Shown here: positions 25,601 through 38,192 of the stretch, one piece after another
Layout: each line of letters starts with the position of its first letter
Numbering within the stretch: the first letter of the stretch is position 1
From: Vicugna vicugna
Taxonomy: Eukaryota
Reading direction: 5' to 3'
DNA length: 64,000 nt
Assembly (NCBI GenBank): GCA_013265495.1
Contig: MU058198.1
Span: forward strand, 5,533,779 to 5,597,778
Notes under the pieces: model-generated
What the model saw: only the letters and a program-made list of their open reading frames with translations
The model's database searches: none
What the model was told of the DNA's origin: nothing
Translations under genes and position numbers: made by a program

Positions 25601-26373
25601 ATAGACCTAAATATGAAAAACAAAACTCCTACGAGATAGCACAGGAGAAAACTCAACTGACCTTGGGTATGGCGATGACCTTTTACATCCAACACCAAAG
25701 GCACATTCATGAGAGAAATAACTGATAAGCTGAACCTCATTAAAATTCCAGCACCTATAACCTGTCACGTATTATGACTGTGCCTTTATCTGGCAAAAGT
25801 GAAAACTTCTGCTCTGGGAAAGAGCATTTCAAGGAAATGAGAAAACAAGCCCAGACTGAGAAAAAAAAATTTGCAAAAGATATATCTGATAAAATACTGT
25901 TATCCAAAATATACAAAGGACTCTTAAAACTCAACAGTAAGAAAACAAACAACCCAATTAAAAAACAGACCAAAGTAACACCTCTCCGAAGAAGATGTAC
26001 AGATGGGAAGTAAGCTTATGAAAGTCAGTTTATCATCATATGTCACTGGGGAATTGCAAATTAAAACAGCAATGAGGTATCACTGTACACCTATTAGAAT
26101 GATCAAAATCCAAAACACAGGCAACACTAAATGCTGCTGAGGAACTCCCTCTCTCGTCGCTGGTAGGAATGCATTATGATACAGTCACTTTGGAAGACAG
26201 TCTGGCAGTTTCTTATAAATGTATTCTTTCCACATAATCCAGCAATTGCACGACTTGGTATTTACCCCAAAGCTTTTGTCCTTACAAAAACCTTCATACA
26301 GATGTTTGTAGCAGCTTTTTTAATGATTGCCAAGACTTGGGAACAACCAAAATGTCCTTTAATAAGTGAATGA
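22627..26373 (+). pseudogene. Degraded L1 ORF2 (endonuclease / reverse transcriptase)
   Basis: Fragments such as 'KFAKDISDKILLSKIYKGLLKLNSKKTNNPIKK' and 'QMFVAAFLMIAKTWEQPKCP'; many stops and frameshifts. Confidence 0.9.
24866..25007 (+). mobile_element. Vic-1-type SINE inside L1 ORF2
   Basis: 'gtatagctcaactggtag...ggtcctgggttcaatccccggtacctcc'; 15-bp TSD aaacacatta(c/g)catt at 24851-24865 and 25008-25022. Confidence 0.92.
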
Positions 26374-27062
26374 ATAAAACTGTGGAATAAGTGAATAATA
26401 ATGAATAAAACAAGGATTATTTAGCACCATAAAGACATGAGCTGTCAAGCCACTGAAAGCCATGGAGGAAACTTAAACGCATAGTACTAAGTAAGAGAAG
26501 TCAGTCTGAAAGGCTACTCTGTATGATTCCAGCTATATGACATTCTGGGGAAAAGGCATGCTATGGTGACAGTAAAAGGATCAGTGGTTGTCAGGGGTTA
26601 GGGGGAGTGGGGGATAAATTAGCAGAACATGGAGAAATTTTAGAGCCCTGGAAGTATTCTGTGTGAAAACTACAATGGTGGCTACACACCAGCATATATT
26701 TGTCCAAACCCACAGACTGTACATCACCAAAAGTAAACCCCGGTGTAAGCTATGGACTTTAGGTGATAATAATGTGTCAGTGTAGGCTCACTGACTGTAG
26801 GCAACAGACCACATGGTGCAGGATACCGATACTGGAGCAGGTCGTGAATGTGCGAAGACGGGGTATACAGGAGCTCTCTGTACTTTCAGCTCAGTATTTC
26901 CATGAACCTAAGTTTGCTCTAAAAATAAAGTTCATTAATTTAAAAGCAGAAACAATAACCCATCCAATTTTTTTGGTCTACTGAGTGTCACTTGCGAGGC
27001 ATGACATAGGACCAAACGCCAAGATACATCATTACAAGTTGATTAATGGTGAAACTGGTCCC

Positions 27063-27116
27063 ACCATTCATCCTTCCTTCCACCCAAGCACCCATCCATC
27101 CATCCATCCATCCATT
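27063..27116. repeat. (CCAT)n-like simple repeat
   Basis: cccatccatccatccatccatccatt. Confidence 0.85.
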
Positions 27117-27189
27117 TATTTGGTCACAAACATAGTCAACAGCAATGCCACTGAACAGCATCTCAATATAGGACACGGTGTGACTAGAC

Positions 27190-27660
27190 GACAAATATTT
27201 ATCAAGTGCCTATGATATTCCAAACACTATTCCAGGGTCTGGGTACAACAGCAAACAAAAATCAAAAATCTTGGCCTCATGAAATTCACAATTTGGTGAA
27301 GAGACAATGAGTTAAAAAAAAAGTTTTATTTTACATTAGGTGATTAGTAGGGTGGAGGAAAAGGCACAGTTTCAAATAGAGTTGGCAGGGATGGTGTTAG
27401 AAGATGATACATGAGAAGACATAAAGGAGGTGAGGGAAGGGCACGAGGCTGGCTACAGGGGAAGTACTCCAAGCAGGAGGAACAAGTGCAAAGCCCCTGA
27501 GACGGGAATGTGTACGAGGAACAGCAAGGAGAGTAGCGGGAGGCGAAAAGTGGAGGGGAACAGATCACATTCCAGAGTGAGGACTCCACCTTTTATTAAG
27601 AGTGAGCAGAGAAGCCACTGGTTTCAAGCAGAGAAGTGATAGAACAAAGCTTGTTTCTTT
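27190..27660 (-). mobile_element. L2 fragment
   Basis: 'caaatatttatcaagtgcctat...ggaacaagtgcaaagcccctgagacgggaatgtg...agaagccactgg'. Confidence 0.75.
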
Positions 27661-28012
27661 TTTTTTTTTTTTGGTGTAATAAATATTAGTCTCAGTCCAC
27701 AAACTCAGGAAGAAAAGGAATACCACTTTAATTCCCTTAAGACAACTTAACTGTGACCCTTCTCTCCCAGGAGAGCAATCCCATCTCAACCACTACTGCA
27801 CCTCCCTCCTTTTGTCTAAAGTCACTCTTGAATAAGGGTGGTCTATGAAGACTATATATGAAGACTGGAACACAAAGGTTGGCCTCTAATGAATTACATC
27901 ACGGTCATTGCCAATGTCCTTGTTGTCTGATCTGCAAGAGGTCCTGTGTCATGAGTGAGGCACTGAGACCTCTTGCTAAGCATCCTATCTTCCCATGCAG
28001 AGTTTGCAAACT

Positions 28013-28400
28013 GTATCTGTTCAGTAACTCCAGATGCTGTAACAAATAAATCTGCAATGTCGATGGCTTAATGAAATGGGAGATCATTTTTGGCTCATGT
28101 GATATTTCAGTGCAGGTGATCCTGGTTGGTGGGAAGCTCCCCTCCATTTGGTGATATAGGGACCCAAGCTTCTTGAATCTTGTGCCTCTACAATCCCCTA
28201 GAGAATCAGGAGAAGGGGCAAGAGAGAAAGGAAAGGCACATCCACTTCTTAGCCACCGTGACCTGGAACTCACACACATCACTTCTATTTACATTCCTTG
28301 AGAGAGAACTAGTCATATGACTCCACATGGAGACAGGAGAGGTTGGAAGAGGATGCCAAGCAACACTGGGAGAGCTGAAAGGCAATGAGGTTGACACAGG
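28013..28400 (-). mobile_element. MLT1 (J/L-like) LTR
   Basis: 'tgtatctgttcag...gctgtaacaaata...agggacccaagct...catcacttctatttacattccttgagagagaactagtcatatg'. Confidence 0.7.
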
Positions 28401-29194
28401 GCCAATGGCACCCTGGTTAGCCATGCGCAGGCTGAGTGTGTACGAGTTACTTTAATGTCAACGTGCTCCACAGAACATGGACTGAATACCAGGTGTGATC
28501 TGGAGAAAGGCTGCCTGAGTTGGAGTTCCCACTGTTACTTACTTGCCAAGTTCCCTAGCAAAACCTCTTTGAGCCTCTGTCTCCCCCAGTAGACTGAGTG
28601 ATCTATAAATCACATAAAACACTGAGCACCATGTCTGCAGGCACCTGAAATCCAGAACTTCTTGTTTCATGAGGCTTGACCCTCTTATCAGCTCTGTTCT
28701 AGAATTAAGAGGTTCTGGTCTCCTTACAACTTCCTGTGTTTATCTTATTGGGACCCCTTTGGGGTGGGTCTCTGTTCTGGGAAACCAAATGCTCCCAACA
28801 GAAAAGTAGATCAGACTTATGTGAGGCTAAGGGTTCAGAATTTAAGGCAGAGAATGAAAACTGGTGTTTTGATAAGATTTCAGGGAAGGGAGGATGGGAA
28901 GAAGAGGGGGAAGTAAAAAGGATGGATGGAAGAGTAGAAAGAAGGGGGCAGCATTTGTTAGGTAGAAAGTTGGGAAAGCAGGGAGATACAGATTAGAAAG
29001 GAGAAAGGAAGAGAGAGGGAGGAGGGAGTGGGTGGAGGGAATTGGAAGGAGGAGGAGCTGGGCTCTGAAGCCTCTTGGAGGATCTACGGATTTCTCTGGC
29101 CAGAGCCAAGTGTCACTGTGATCTGGGCCCGCTACCAGGGCCCATGCGCTCCCACTAACTAGCCTTGAGGGCAGCAGCAAGCCCACTGTATCCA

Positions 29195-29480
29195 CAGCTT
29201 CATAAAGGAGTCGTCATTTTATTGTCAAGAGCATGTGCCAATCTCATCCAAATCAATTAATTCCTTAATCACACTGTGAATGGAGCAGGATGTGAAGCGC
29301 CCATGTGGGAGCGATGAATATTAGCCGTATTTAACAGCCAAACGCTTCTGATACCATAAAGCATCCTCGAGGTTGCACAATAAAATCCAAAGTTTAATTG
29401 GTGGGTAACAAGGCCCCAGGCAATTGTACCTTATTAATGCTGACAACAGGAATATGTATGTGAGGGCGTGACAGCTGGCT
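29195..29480. promoter_or_regulatory. Candidate enhancer (CNE-like)
   Basis: AAATCAATTAATT 29250-29262; TGTCA 29223; TGACA 29441; TGACAGCTG 29469; no repeat similarity recognised. Confidence 0.5.
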
Positions 29481-30554
29481 AGTTAAGAGTGATGCCAGCC
29501 ACCAGCCCCAGGAACTGGAAGTGACTAGTGTGCAGCCCAATTGCAGAAAGATTTAGGATGTCCCTCACCACGGGATCTTTCTCAAGTGCCGAGCTGTAAA
29601 TACATCCTCTCCCCCACCCACCTATGCCCCAGTGGATGTTTTGGAAAAGGTAGAGGAATTGAGAACAGAGGCTTACGGGTGCAGGGAGGCAGACACTGGA
29701 GAAAGATCTGATGTAGGCAGGCTGGGCTGCCCTATAAGGTTGTATAAGTTGTGTACTGCACAAGGCCTCCACCTTGAAGTAGGGGTGCACCAGGGCTGAA
29801 ATTCTGGCCTAAGCTCTGCCCACTAAAGTCATGTGCCTTGGTGTGAGGTTTTATCTTTTCTGAGAAGGCAGGTTTTTCCTTAATCCAAACATCCTGAGGG
29901 CAAACTGCATAAGCTCTTTGAAACTCAATTTCTCCATCTGAAGAGATTGCACTAGATGAGAAATTATCTTTTGAATGTAACATTGCCTAATCCCATTTTG
30001 TTCATTCAGTCATCCAACAAATACATACCAATGCTTACTGTGAACTACAGATTAGTCTAGAATCTGGAAATATGGAGATGGCCTCCTCTTTGGAGAAAAG
30101 ACAGAGTCCCAGGCAAACATTTGTACCAGCGGCATATTGGAGGGTGCAGTGGGCCCACACCTCTGTTCCAGTATAGGGAATGCCTGAGGCCTTACTTCTG
30201 TGCTGTCTCTCCTGCCACCCGCCACAGCAAGGGCAAACAGTAGATTATTAATAATGCATTTATTATATGGCTTTGACTTTCTTTCTTATCCAGTTGTCAC
30301 CACTCCCAGACTGGGATCTCCTTGAAGTCATAACTATGCCTTATTTCTCTCTGGCACCCCTAAATCCAGCCTGGATTCTGACACACAGTACAGGCTCATG
30401 ATGGGTTAAGTATTTGCTATATGCTTTAAAAAAAAAAACTGTAATAAGCACTTTCCACGTACTAACTCCTTCATTCAGCATTTTTGTTCTGCAAGGGGTC
30501 ATTTATTATCTTACTGTCTCTCAGCCCCTAAAACACTCTCTGCACATCACACTG

Positions 30555-30866
30555 TAGGGGGCAGCACACATTTTCTGTACAGGGCCAAACAGTAAATATT
30601 TTAGGTTTTGTGGGCCTAAAGTCTCTGTCACAAAGGCTTGACACTGCCACTGTAGCCCAAAAGTAACCATCGACAACACATAAACCGATGAACCTGGCTG
30701 GAATTCGTGGACACTGAAATTTGAATTTTATGTAATTTTCACATGTCAAGAGTATTATTCTTCGTTTGATTTTTTTCAACATTTAAAAACGCGAAATTCT
30801 TCTTAAATTGTGGGCCACATGAAAAGAGGCTAGATTAAGCCTGTGGTCTGTACCTGGCCAACACCT
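30555..30866 (+). mobile_element. MER58B-like hAT MITE
   Basis: 'ttttctgtacagggccaaacagtaaatattttaggttttgtgggcc...ggacactgaaatttgaattttatgtaattttcacatgtca'. Confidence 0.88.
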
Positions 30867-30869
30867 GCT

Positions 30870-31400
30870 CTACTCAGGTTATGGGGCTGGAGGTCTGCAC
30901 ACTACATTTCCCAGAATTCCTTGATGCCTGGCTTTCTTTCAGGTTTTGCAGGGAGGCACTGTTGAAAGATTGGCAGGAGGAGGGGAGAAGAGTCTCACTT
31001 CCGTCAGCATCCCTCCAACATCAAAGGACAACCGTGGTTCTAGCCACTCCCAGCACCTGGCACTTAATGTCCCCAGAGATGTACACACCAGCCACCTGGT
31101 CTTCCCGGAGGCATGAGGACCACCCGTAGAGGACTTCCCTTCATGATCCACGTGCCCACCTGCAAGAGATTCTCCCATGAGCGCCTAAATTCTGCAACTT
31201 CATCTCTTCCCTCTCCACCCCAGCACTAGGGAATAGTTGCTGCCTTCCACGTTTCTAATACTTAGGATATGTCAGCCTCCCTGTTTTTTCCCTCTTTCGA
31301 GTCCCTAACACCTGTATTACATCCTCAATCCCCTGTATTACATCCTCTCCATTTGAAATATCTGGGGTGATTTCTGTTTTCTTAACCAAACCTCAAACAA
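30870..31400 (+). mobile_element. LTR33-like ERVL LTR
   Basis: 'actacatttcccagaattccttg...gggaggcactgttgaaagattgg' and end 'tttgaaatatctggggtgatttctgttttc'. Confidence 0.7.
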
Positions 31401-31777
31401 TCCATCCCCACTTTACAAATGAGAAAACTAAGGCTGCTAGACATTTAGGTCCGGGTCAATGTAGTAAGTAAGTCAAGAATATTTAATCCAACATCACCAA
31501 AGAGGGAAAGGATAGATTTATATTGGAACCCATGAGTGGCTGACCCGGAAACACGTATGCTCTTAGCCAGTGTGAGATACAACAGGAAGACCTCACTACT
31601 CACATTGCTCCCAGTGAACCCAGCACAGGTCTAAGCATCCTGCAGACACCACGTTCTGAGGGCTGAATGAATAAATGAATGAATGAGCTTCTATCTATGA
31701 GCCTAGCAACGGGCTGGGCATGCAATACGTACAAGAGATGACTGTTGGGGGAAGAAAATAGAATGAATGCCTTAGGC

Positions 31778-31932
31778 CAGTAGTTCTCAATCCTCGCTGT
31801 ACATTAAAATCTCCTTAATAATTTTAAAAACATGCCCAAGCCCCACTCGAGAGCAAATGACTCAGAATCAGGCATCAGTAATTTTTATGAGTCCCCTGGG
31901 TGATTCTAATATACAGCCAGGGCTGAGAATTA
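31778..31932. mobile_element. MER5-type MITE
   Basis: 'cagtagttctcaatcctcgctgtacattaaaatc...gggtgattctaatatacagccagggctgagaa' with inverted ends. Confidence 0.85.
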
Positions 31933-32193
31933 GAGCTTTAGAAAAAGGCAGCTGGGCTGCATCTTCCTGAGAAACCATGAGTCTCCCTGGGGAGGATCAC
32001 TGGAGCCAGGTGGCTGTGCACCCTCCCTGGCAGGTTTCGCCCCGCACCGTCCTGTGCAGTATGGTCACAGCTGAAGGCGAAGGCCCCTTTGTTCAGTTAG
32101 TGTGAGGATCCGTCCCGGGGTGGCAAATCATTTCCAGATTCAACCATGGTTACTGAGCACTACTATGTGCTTGGTGCTATGTGTTAGGTGTTC

Positions 32194-32609
32194 TGTTAAA
32201 ATTCATCTTGACAGACGCATAAGGTACCTACCACTGAGAGACTGAATATACAAACGGTCAATGGTCAGACCATGTAGGACAACAGAACTCTGGCTCACAG
32301 GGGTCAGGGCTTGGGTCACAACTGCCAGTTCCCCGATTTTTGGCCACAGCTTCTAACTCAAGAGCAACCAGAGAAAGCCCAACACACTCCTCCCAAACCA
32401 TTAACATAAGATACTTCTAGTGAGCCTACCTGCGGCTTCCCCATGCCTTCCTCCCAACAGGGCACACCTGAAGTCTGCTTCACTGCGATGCTTCCTCGCC
32501 CCACTGCCAAGCACGAGTGATGGACGGCGACTGACGCCCTTACTATAGCACATTCTGAGTAAATAGATTCTATTTGCTCCCATTTGGGTCATCTTCATTT
32601 ATTTCCGCA
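32194..32609 (+). mobile_element. MER110-like ERV1 solo LTR inserted in a MIR
   Basis: tg...ca ends; 'caaacggtcaatggtcagaccat...agaactct...aaccagagaaagcc' match MER110 as recalled. Confidence 0.65.
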
Positions 32610-32634
32610 TTATATCTATAATATTTTAATTGTT

Positions 32635-33290
32635 CTATTTTTTTCCCATGGTACAGAGGTGAAATGGAAGCTCAAAGAAGTTAGGTAACTTGTCTGAGTT
32701 TACACGGCTGGAAAGAGCAGAGCCAGGTGGTAACCACTGAGAAGCAGGTGAGCGTTAAGAAGCAGAGCAGAACAAAGCCAGAAGCATCAGCTCCAGTGTA
32801 AAGATGACTGACTAAAATCCTGAGTGAGGCCCTTACGGACCTTGCACGGGTCACTCAGCTCTCTCTGTGCCTAAGTTTCCTCAAATCTGTAGTGGAATGA
32901 AAATACTCCACAAGGAGTATAGTGTCCTGGTTCCAAGTGAAGTCTCTGGAATAAGACTCTTGGATTCAAACTCTGATTGTATTACCAGCAGAGTGTCCTT
33001 CGGAAAGTTGCTTAGCTTGACTGGGCCTCGGTATTTTTGTCCACAAAATGAGAATAGTTCATTTATCACAGAGTTATTAAGATAATTAAATGCGGTATTT
33101 TTAAAGCACTTATGGGGCACTTACTGTGTACACATCAGGCCCAGTGATAAGTGTTTTGCAGGCATTAATTTATTTAATTCTCATAGCAAAGCCATGAGTT
33201 AGGCACTATTATGATCATCTCCAGTTGATAGATGAGGAGACTGAAGGAAAAGGAAATTCAGTAACTTGTCCTTGGACCTATGTCTAGGAA
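32635..33290. mobile_element. MIR cluster (several copies, both orientations)
   Basis: 'agaagttaggtaacttgtctgag', 'ctctctgtgcctaagtttcctcaaatctgta', 'ttggattcaaactctg...aaaatgagaatag', 'gatgaggagactgaagg...agtaacttgtcc'. Confidence 0.8.
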
Positions 33291-33559
33291 AAGGGAGAAT
33301 GTGTGTTAGTGCCCCAGTCATTGGTACATGACTGCCTCTTGAAGATGAAGGATGCAAAGCATTTACCTCAGTGCCTGACACATGGTAAGCTCCAAGGTGG
33401 GAGCAATGAGTTGTCATTAGTTGGTCTGTCTTTAAAACTGTTTCCAATACAGGCTAATGCCTTCCAGGAAGATAACATACCACAGAAAGATCACTCATGG
33501 TAACAGAGAGTAAGAGAGAGAGACCACAGATGGGTCGGATTTAAACAAACTTGCTCAAG

Positions 33560-36500
33560 AGTCTAGTAGAAATATGAATAAATTTATGGGGGCAGTTCCC
33601 AAAAGAAGAAATCTAAATGATTTTAAACATCTGAAAGTATGGCAGACTTCATCTAATGTCTTCTTCAATTTATTTTTTTAATGAGATACTGTTTTTCAGG
33701 TTGACAAAGCTCAAATTTTTGGTCAATAAATATTGATCTTAAAAGCTTGTCAAAAATTGATCTTAAAAGTTTTCATCACAAGATTAAAAAATTGTAACCA
33801 CGAATGATGACAGACGTGAACTAGACTTATTGTGGTAATCATTTTGCAGTATATACAAATATTGAATCATTGTGTTGTTCACCTGAAACTAATATAATTA
33901 ATTACACCTAAACAGGTATAATTTACACCTATATACTAAAGATAATACCTGAATCTCCCCCGAAACTAGGAGGAAAAATGCCAGAATGTCCATTTACACC
34001 ACTTGTATCCAACATTGGGCAAAAGCCTACAAAATACACAAAAATTAAAAAAGAAGTAATAAAGCTATCTTTATTCAAATTGACGTGATTATGTATATAG
34101 AAAATCCAAAGGAGTCTTCCCCTAAAACTACTAGAATATGAAAATCTAGCAAAATTATCAAATATAAGTTGACTATTAAAAAATCAATTATCTTTCTATA
34201 TATTGCTAACAAAAAACTGGGAAATTAAATAAATGTTTAATAGTGTTAAAACTATGAAAACTTTGCCATGCAAGAACTGAGTGCTAAAAGCTTACAAAAC
34301 ATCAACACCTTGCTAAGTGTAATTAAACAAGACCTAAATAAATGGAGAGACATCCTATGTTTATGGACTGGAAGACAATTTGTTAGGAGTGAAATCTCCC
34401 TACGTTGATCAATAGATTTGATGCAAAATCAATCAAAATCTCAGCAGCCTATTTGTAGAAATTGGTGAGCTGATTTTTAAATTTGTATATAAATGAAGGA
34501 CCTAGTATAAGCAAAACAATCTTGGAAAATAACAAGTTTGGAGGACTTTCACAGCCTGACTTCAAAACTTACAATAAAACTATAGTAATCAAGAGAGTGT
34601 GGCATTGGAATAAGAATCACTGCAAAAGAGAAGAGAATCCAGAAAAGACCCACAATTACATGGCCAGATGTTGTTCTTCTTCTTCTTTACTAAGATACCC
34701 AAGCAATCCAACGGGGGAAAGAAACAGCCTTCTGGAACAACTGAATAAGCACATGGGAAAAAATTAACCTTGACCTCTAATTCATACCATATACAAAAAA
34801 ACCAAGAAGGATCATAGATAGAAACTTAAAAAGTAAAACTAAAATTTCTGAAAGAAAACACAGGAGGACAATTTCATAGCTTTGGCAGAGATTTCTTAGG
34901 AAAGAAAAAGTGCTAACCATAAAAGAAAATGAGTTGGAATTCATCGATATTTTAAAATTTTATTTAAGTTATACCATTAAAAATAGGCAAGGCACAGAGT
35001 GGGAGAAAATATATACCTGAGAAAAGAACAGTACCCATATTACATAAAGAACTCCTACAAATCAATAATAAAAGACAAACAACCCAAGAGAAGTTGTCAA
35101 AACACTTGAACCGACATTTTACAAAAGATAAATGAATGGCTTATTAGCACATGAAAAGGTGCCCAATATCTTTAGTCGTCAGGGAAGTACACATTCAAAC
35201 TCATTCAAATGCATTAAATGCTCATTAAAATAATGAGCTAAAACCTCACACCAACAGAATGATCAGAACGTAAAAGACTGACACCATAAAGTATTAGTGA
35301 GAATGTGGAGCAACTGGGATTCTCACTCCTTGCTGTTGGGAATATAAAATGGTACGGTCCCTTTGGAAGACAGTTTGGTGGTCCCTGACAGAGTTAAACG
35401 TCACCTGAACTACAATCTAGAGATTCTACTCCGGACAGGTGTCCAAGAGAAATGAAAACGTACGTCCACACAAAGAGTCATTCAAGAACGTTTTTGATAG
35501 CTTTACCTGTAATAGCCCCAAGCTGAAGACCACCCAAACATCCAAGAGAAGAATGGACAAACGAATCTCGATATCGCCACACAACGGAATATGATTTAGC
35601 GATGAAAAGAGGACACTGATAACAGCACGTATGAATCTCACACACCTTAAATCAACAAAAGAAATCAGACACAAGAGAGGACACACTGCCTGATTCCGCT
35701 CATACAACGTTCAAGGACAAAATCTATGGTTGGAACTATCGGAGCAGTGGTTGCTTCTTGGTTCAGAAGGCAAAACTGACTGGGAAAAGGGCAGGAGAAA
35801 ACCTTTTGAAGTGATGGAATTGTTCTCAATCTTGATTGGGGTGTGAGTTACGTGGGTTTATGCATCTGTCAAAGCTGTACAGGGAAGGTCTGTGCATATT
35901 AGTGTCTGTGAATTATACCTCAGCTTCTTTAAAGCCCTCGCAATAGAAAGGGTGTGAGAAAATTCACCAGCATACATGCCTGGTGAGAGTATAAATGTGG
36001 TACAATCTCTCTGGAGGGCAATTTTGACAATACCTATCAAAATGAGTGATACAGATACACACTTGACCCAGTCATTTCACTTCTAAAATTCATCCTACAG
36101 ATATATTCATGCATGCATGATGTAAAGACAGTCGTAGAAAGACATTCTTTGCAAAATTGTTTGCAATAGCAGAAGACTAGAAATAACACAGCAATCCATC
36201 TATAAAGGGCAGGTTAAATAAATTACAGTGCTACATTTTAATAGAATACAATGCAGCTGTTAAATTCATAAGGGAGATTGCTATGTACTGATATGAAATG
36301 ATATTCAAGATATATGATATATTGATACACAGGGAAAAAAGGTGTAGAACAGAGTTTATAATATCCTTCCATCAGTGTAAAAATAAATGTGCACATGTAA
36401 TATATCTTGAAAGGTGCATAAAAAACAGAACATAGCTGTTGCCTCTGGGAACAGGGGCTGGCAGGCTGGGAGACGAGAGGTTAGACACTGGGGGAGAATT

Positions 36501-36600
36501 ATTTTCACTGTATTACCTCTTTTATTGTCTGAGTTTTTTTCTTTTCTTTTCTTTTCTTTTTACCATATGGGTATTATGTAAATCATTATATTTTTTTTAA
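33560..36600 (+). mobile_element. Nested L1 fragments: L1ME3/4-like host (33560-33720, 35935-36600), L1MA9/MB-like 3' end (33760-33910), L1ME1-like ORF2 + 3' UTR (33950-35925)
   Basis: ORF 34483..34767 'GPSISKTILENNKFGGLSQPDFKTYNKTIVIKRVWHW' matches L1 ORF2; three distinct L1 3' UTR styles. Confidence 0.85.
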
Positions 36601-37078
36601 AGCAAAGAAAAAGACCAGCATCCTGGGTCCAATTCATTTTCCCTGGAACTTGACTCAGACCCTTCAATTCCTGTGCCCCCATATACCCTGGGTCTGTCCT
36701 GGTTCCTCCCATCATTTTGTCTCCCTGGCCTCCAATCTCGGATCTAACCTCAAATCCACTGACTGGCTCAGCTTTGCTTTCCTACCGGACCACCAATGCA
36801 TGCATATTAGGTACTTTCACATCCAACACTGCCCTCCACCACTCAGCATCTCAATAATTGGATTCTCCAGCCTTTTCTTGATTCCTGACTTTTCCCAAGC
36901 CAAATGGATCAACCCAGAGCTCACACCATGTGGATGCCCTAAGATGAGACTATGAAATATCCTTGTAATTTTCCGATGCCTTAAGACATACACTCTTAAA
37001 TATTTAGCAGATTATAAGTGACCTAAAGTTTTAGTCTGGCTTTTAAAAATAACTTCTTAATGAGGCAAAACGGATAGC

Positions 37079-37092
37079 TCGCCCCCAGGCGG
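37079..37092 (-). promoter_or_regulatory. CTCF-like motif (reverse)
   Basis: Reverse complement CCGCCTGGGGGCGA, 12/14 to CCRSYAGRKGGCRS. Confidence 0.4.
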
Positions 37093-37554
37093 AACTTAGA
37101 GATAACTGTGGGTCCCTTGGTGAATGTGAGGGTGGGTTCACAGGAGTTACTGCATATTGTTAATGAAAGCATCTCAGGGGCTTTGCACCCACTCCAGGGA
37201 CAGATGTGCTGCTCCCAGCTTCCTCTCTAATCCTGCAGGTTGTAGCCTGCTATTTAGAGATCTGTGGGCAGAGAATCAAAGAACCTGGTCTAAAGCCTGA
37301 CTCTGCCACTGATTTCCTCTGTGGCCTTGGGCACATCACATCCCCTCTCTGGGCCTCTGGGCCTTACTCTGTTGCATTAGGTCATCTCTCAGATGCTTGT
37401 GGCATTTAGCTTGAGACTTCTGAGTGTCTACAATTATAATTAGTTGTCAAAATATATTTCACAATAAAAAAGGGAAAAGAAGGATTTTTTTCAACTTTAA
37501 AAAATGGGTTTAAAGAAAAGGAGAAAAATCACATTTCTTTTAATCCTTGTTTTC

Positions 37555-37660
37555 CTGGCAGCATTAGCACCACCAGGGAGCTCATTTAAAATGCAGAATC
37601 TCAGGCCTCATCCCAGACCTACTGAATCAGAATCTGAATTCTAACAAGATTCTAAGGTGT
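37555..37660. mobile_element. MER5A fragment
   Basis: 'aaatgcagaatctcaggcctcatcccagacctactgaatcagaatctgaattctaacaagat'. Confidence 0.85.
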
Positions 37661-37792
37661 CTTTTTTTCCTCTGAGTCCCTAAGGGACATAAAAATGCAC
37701 CAGAGATCTTAGATAAAACTGGAAACTTTAGGAAAGGGTCTTCTCTACATCTTCAGGCCACTCTGCCACAGGAGATGAACTAGATATAAAGT

Positions 37793-38080
37793 AGGACTCA
37801 TAACATTGAATGCCTACAGAGGTCAGGCAAGTAACATAACCTAGCAAAGGAGCCTGGGTGAAGCAATAGGGAAGGGTGGGGACTGTGGTTAAGTGCTTGT
37901 TTCATCTTAAGTGGTCCAGCCACAACTCAGCATCAGTTAACTATTACCATATGGAAATGCAGGGCCTGTGTTGCCATGTCTTGTGATTTTTTTTTAAGTT
38001 AACCTGGATGTTCCAATTTCTACATGGAATCTCTTAATGATGGAAACATCATCAGGTCAAACATCACACAGTTTAAAGCC
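37793..38080 (+). mobile_element. Old hAT MITE (MER103C-like)
   Basis: 'aatgcctacagaggtcaggcaagtaacataa...caatagggaagggtggggactgtgg...aatgcagggcctgtgttgcca'. Confidence 0.6.
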
Positions 38081-38192
38081 AGATATAATGACAATTTCAA
38101 AAGCCTTGAAGCTAGAATAAACTTGAGTTCAAAACACAAAAAGCGAATAAGGTGGCTGCAGTGTTATGTATAACAGAGAAAGCAGAACAAGC

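Larger units (their letters stand above)
19925..26945 (+). mobile_element. Near full-length ancient LINE-1 (L1MC1/2-like), inactive
   Basis: 5' UTR ('aagctgaacaaactgaaaaatcaacaactc'); ORF1 remnants (PRHIIFKLQ ~21235, QPRIL ~21425); ORF2 endonuclease start MIHINPTISVITININSLNLPIK at 22627; RT motif IDDMIIYVEN ~24690; L1MC-type 3' UTR; possible TSD aacaata 19917-19923 / 26951-26957. Confidence 0.95.

Noticed and set aside
31311..31347. 16-bp direct repeat cctgtattacatcctc
   Set aside because: Ordinary micro-duplication inside a decayed LTR
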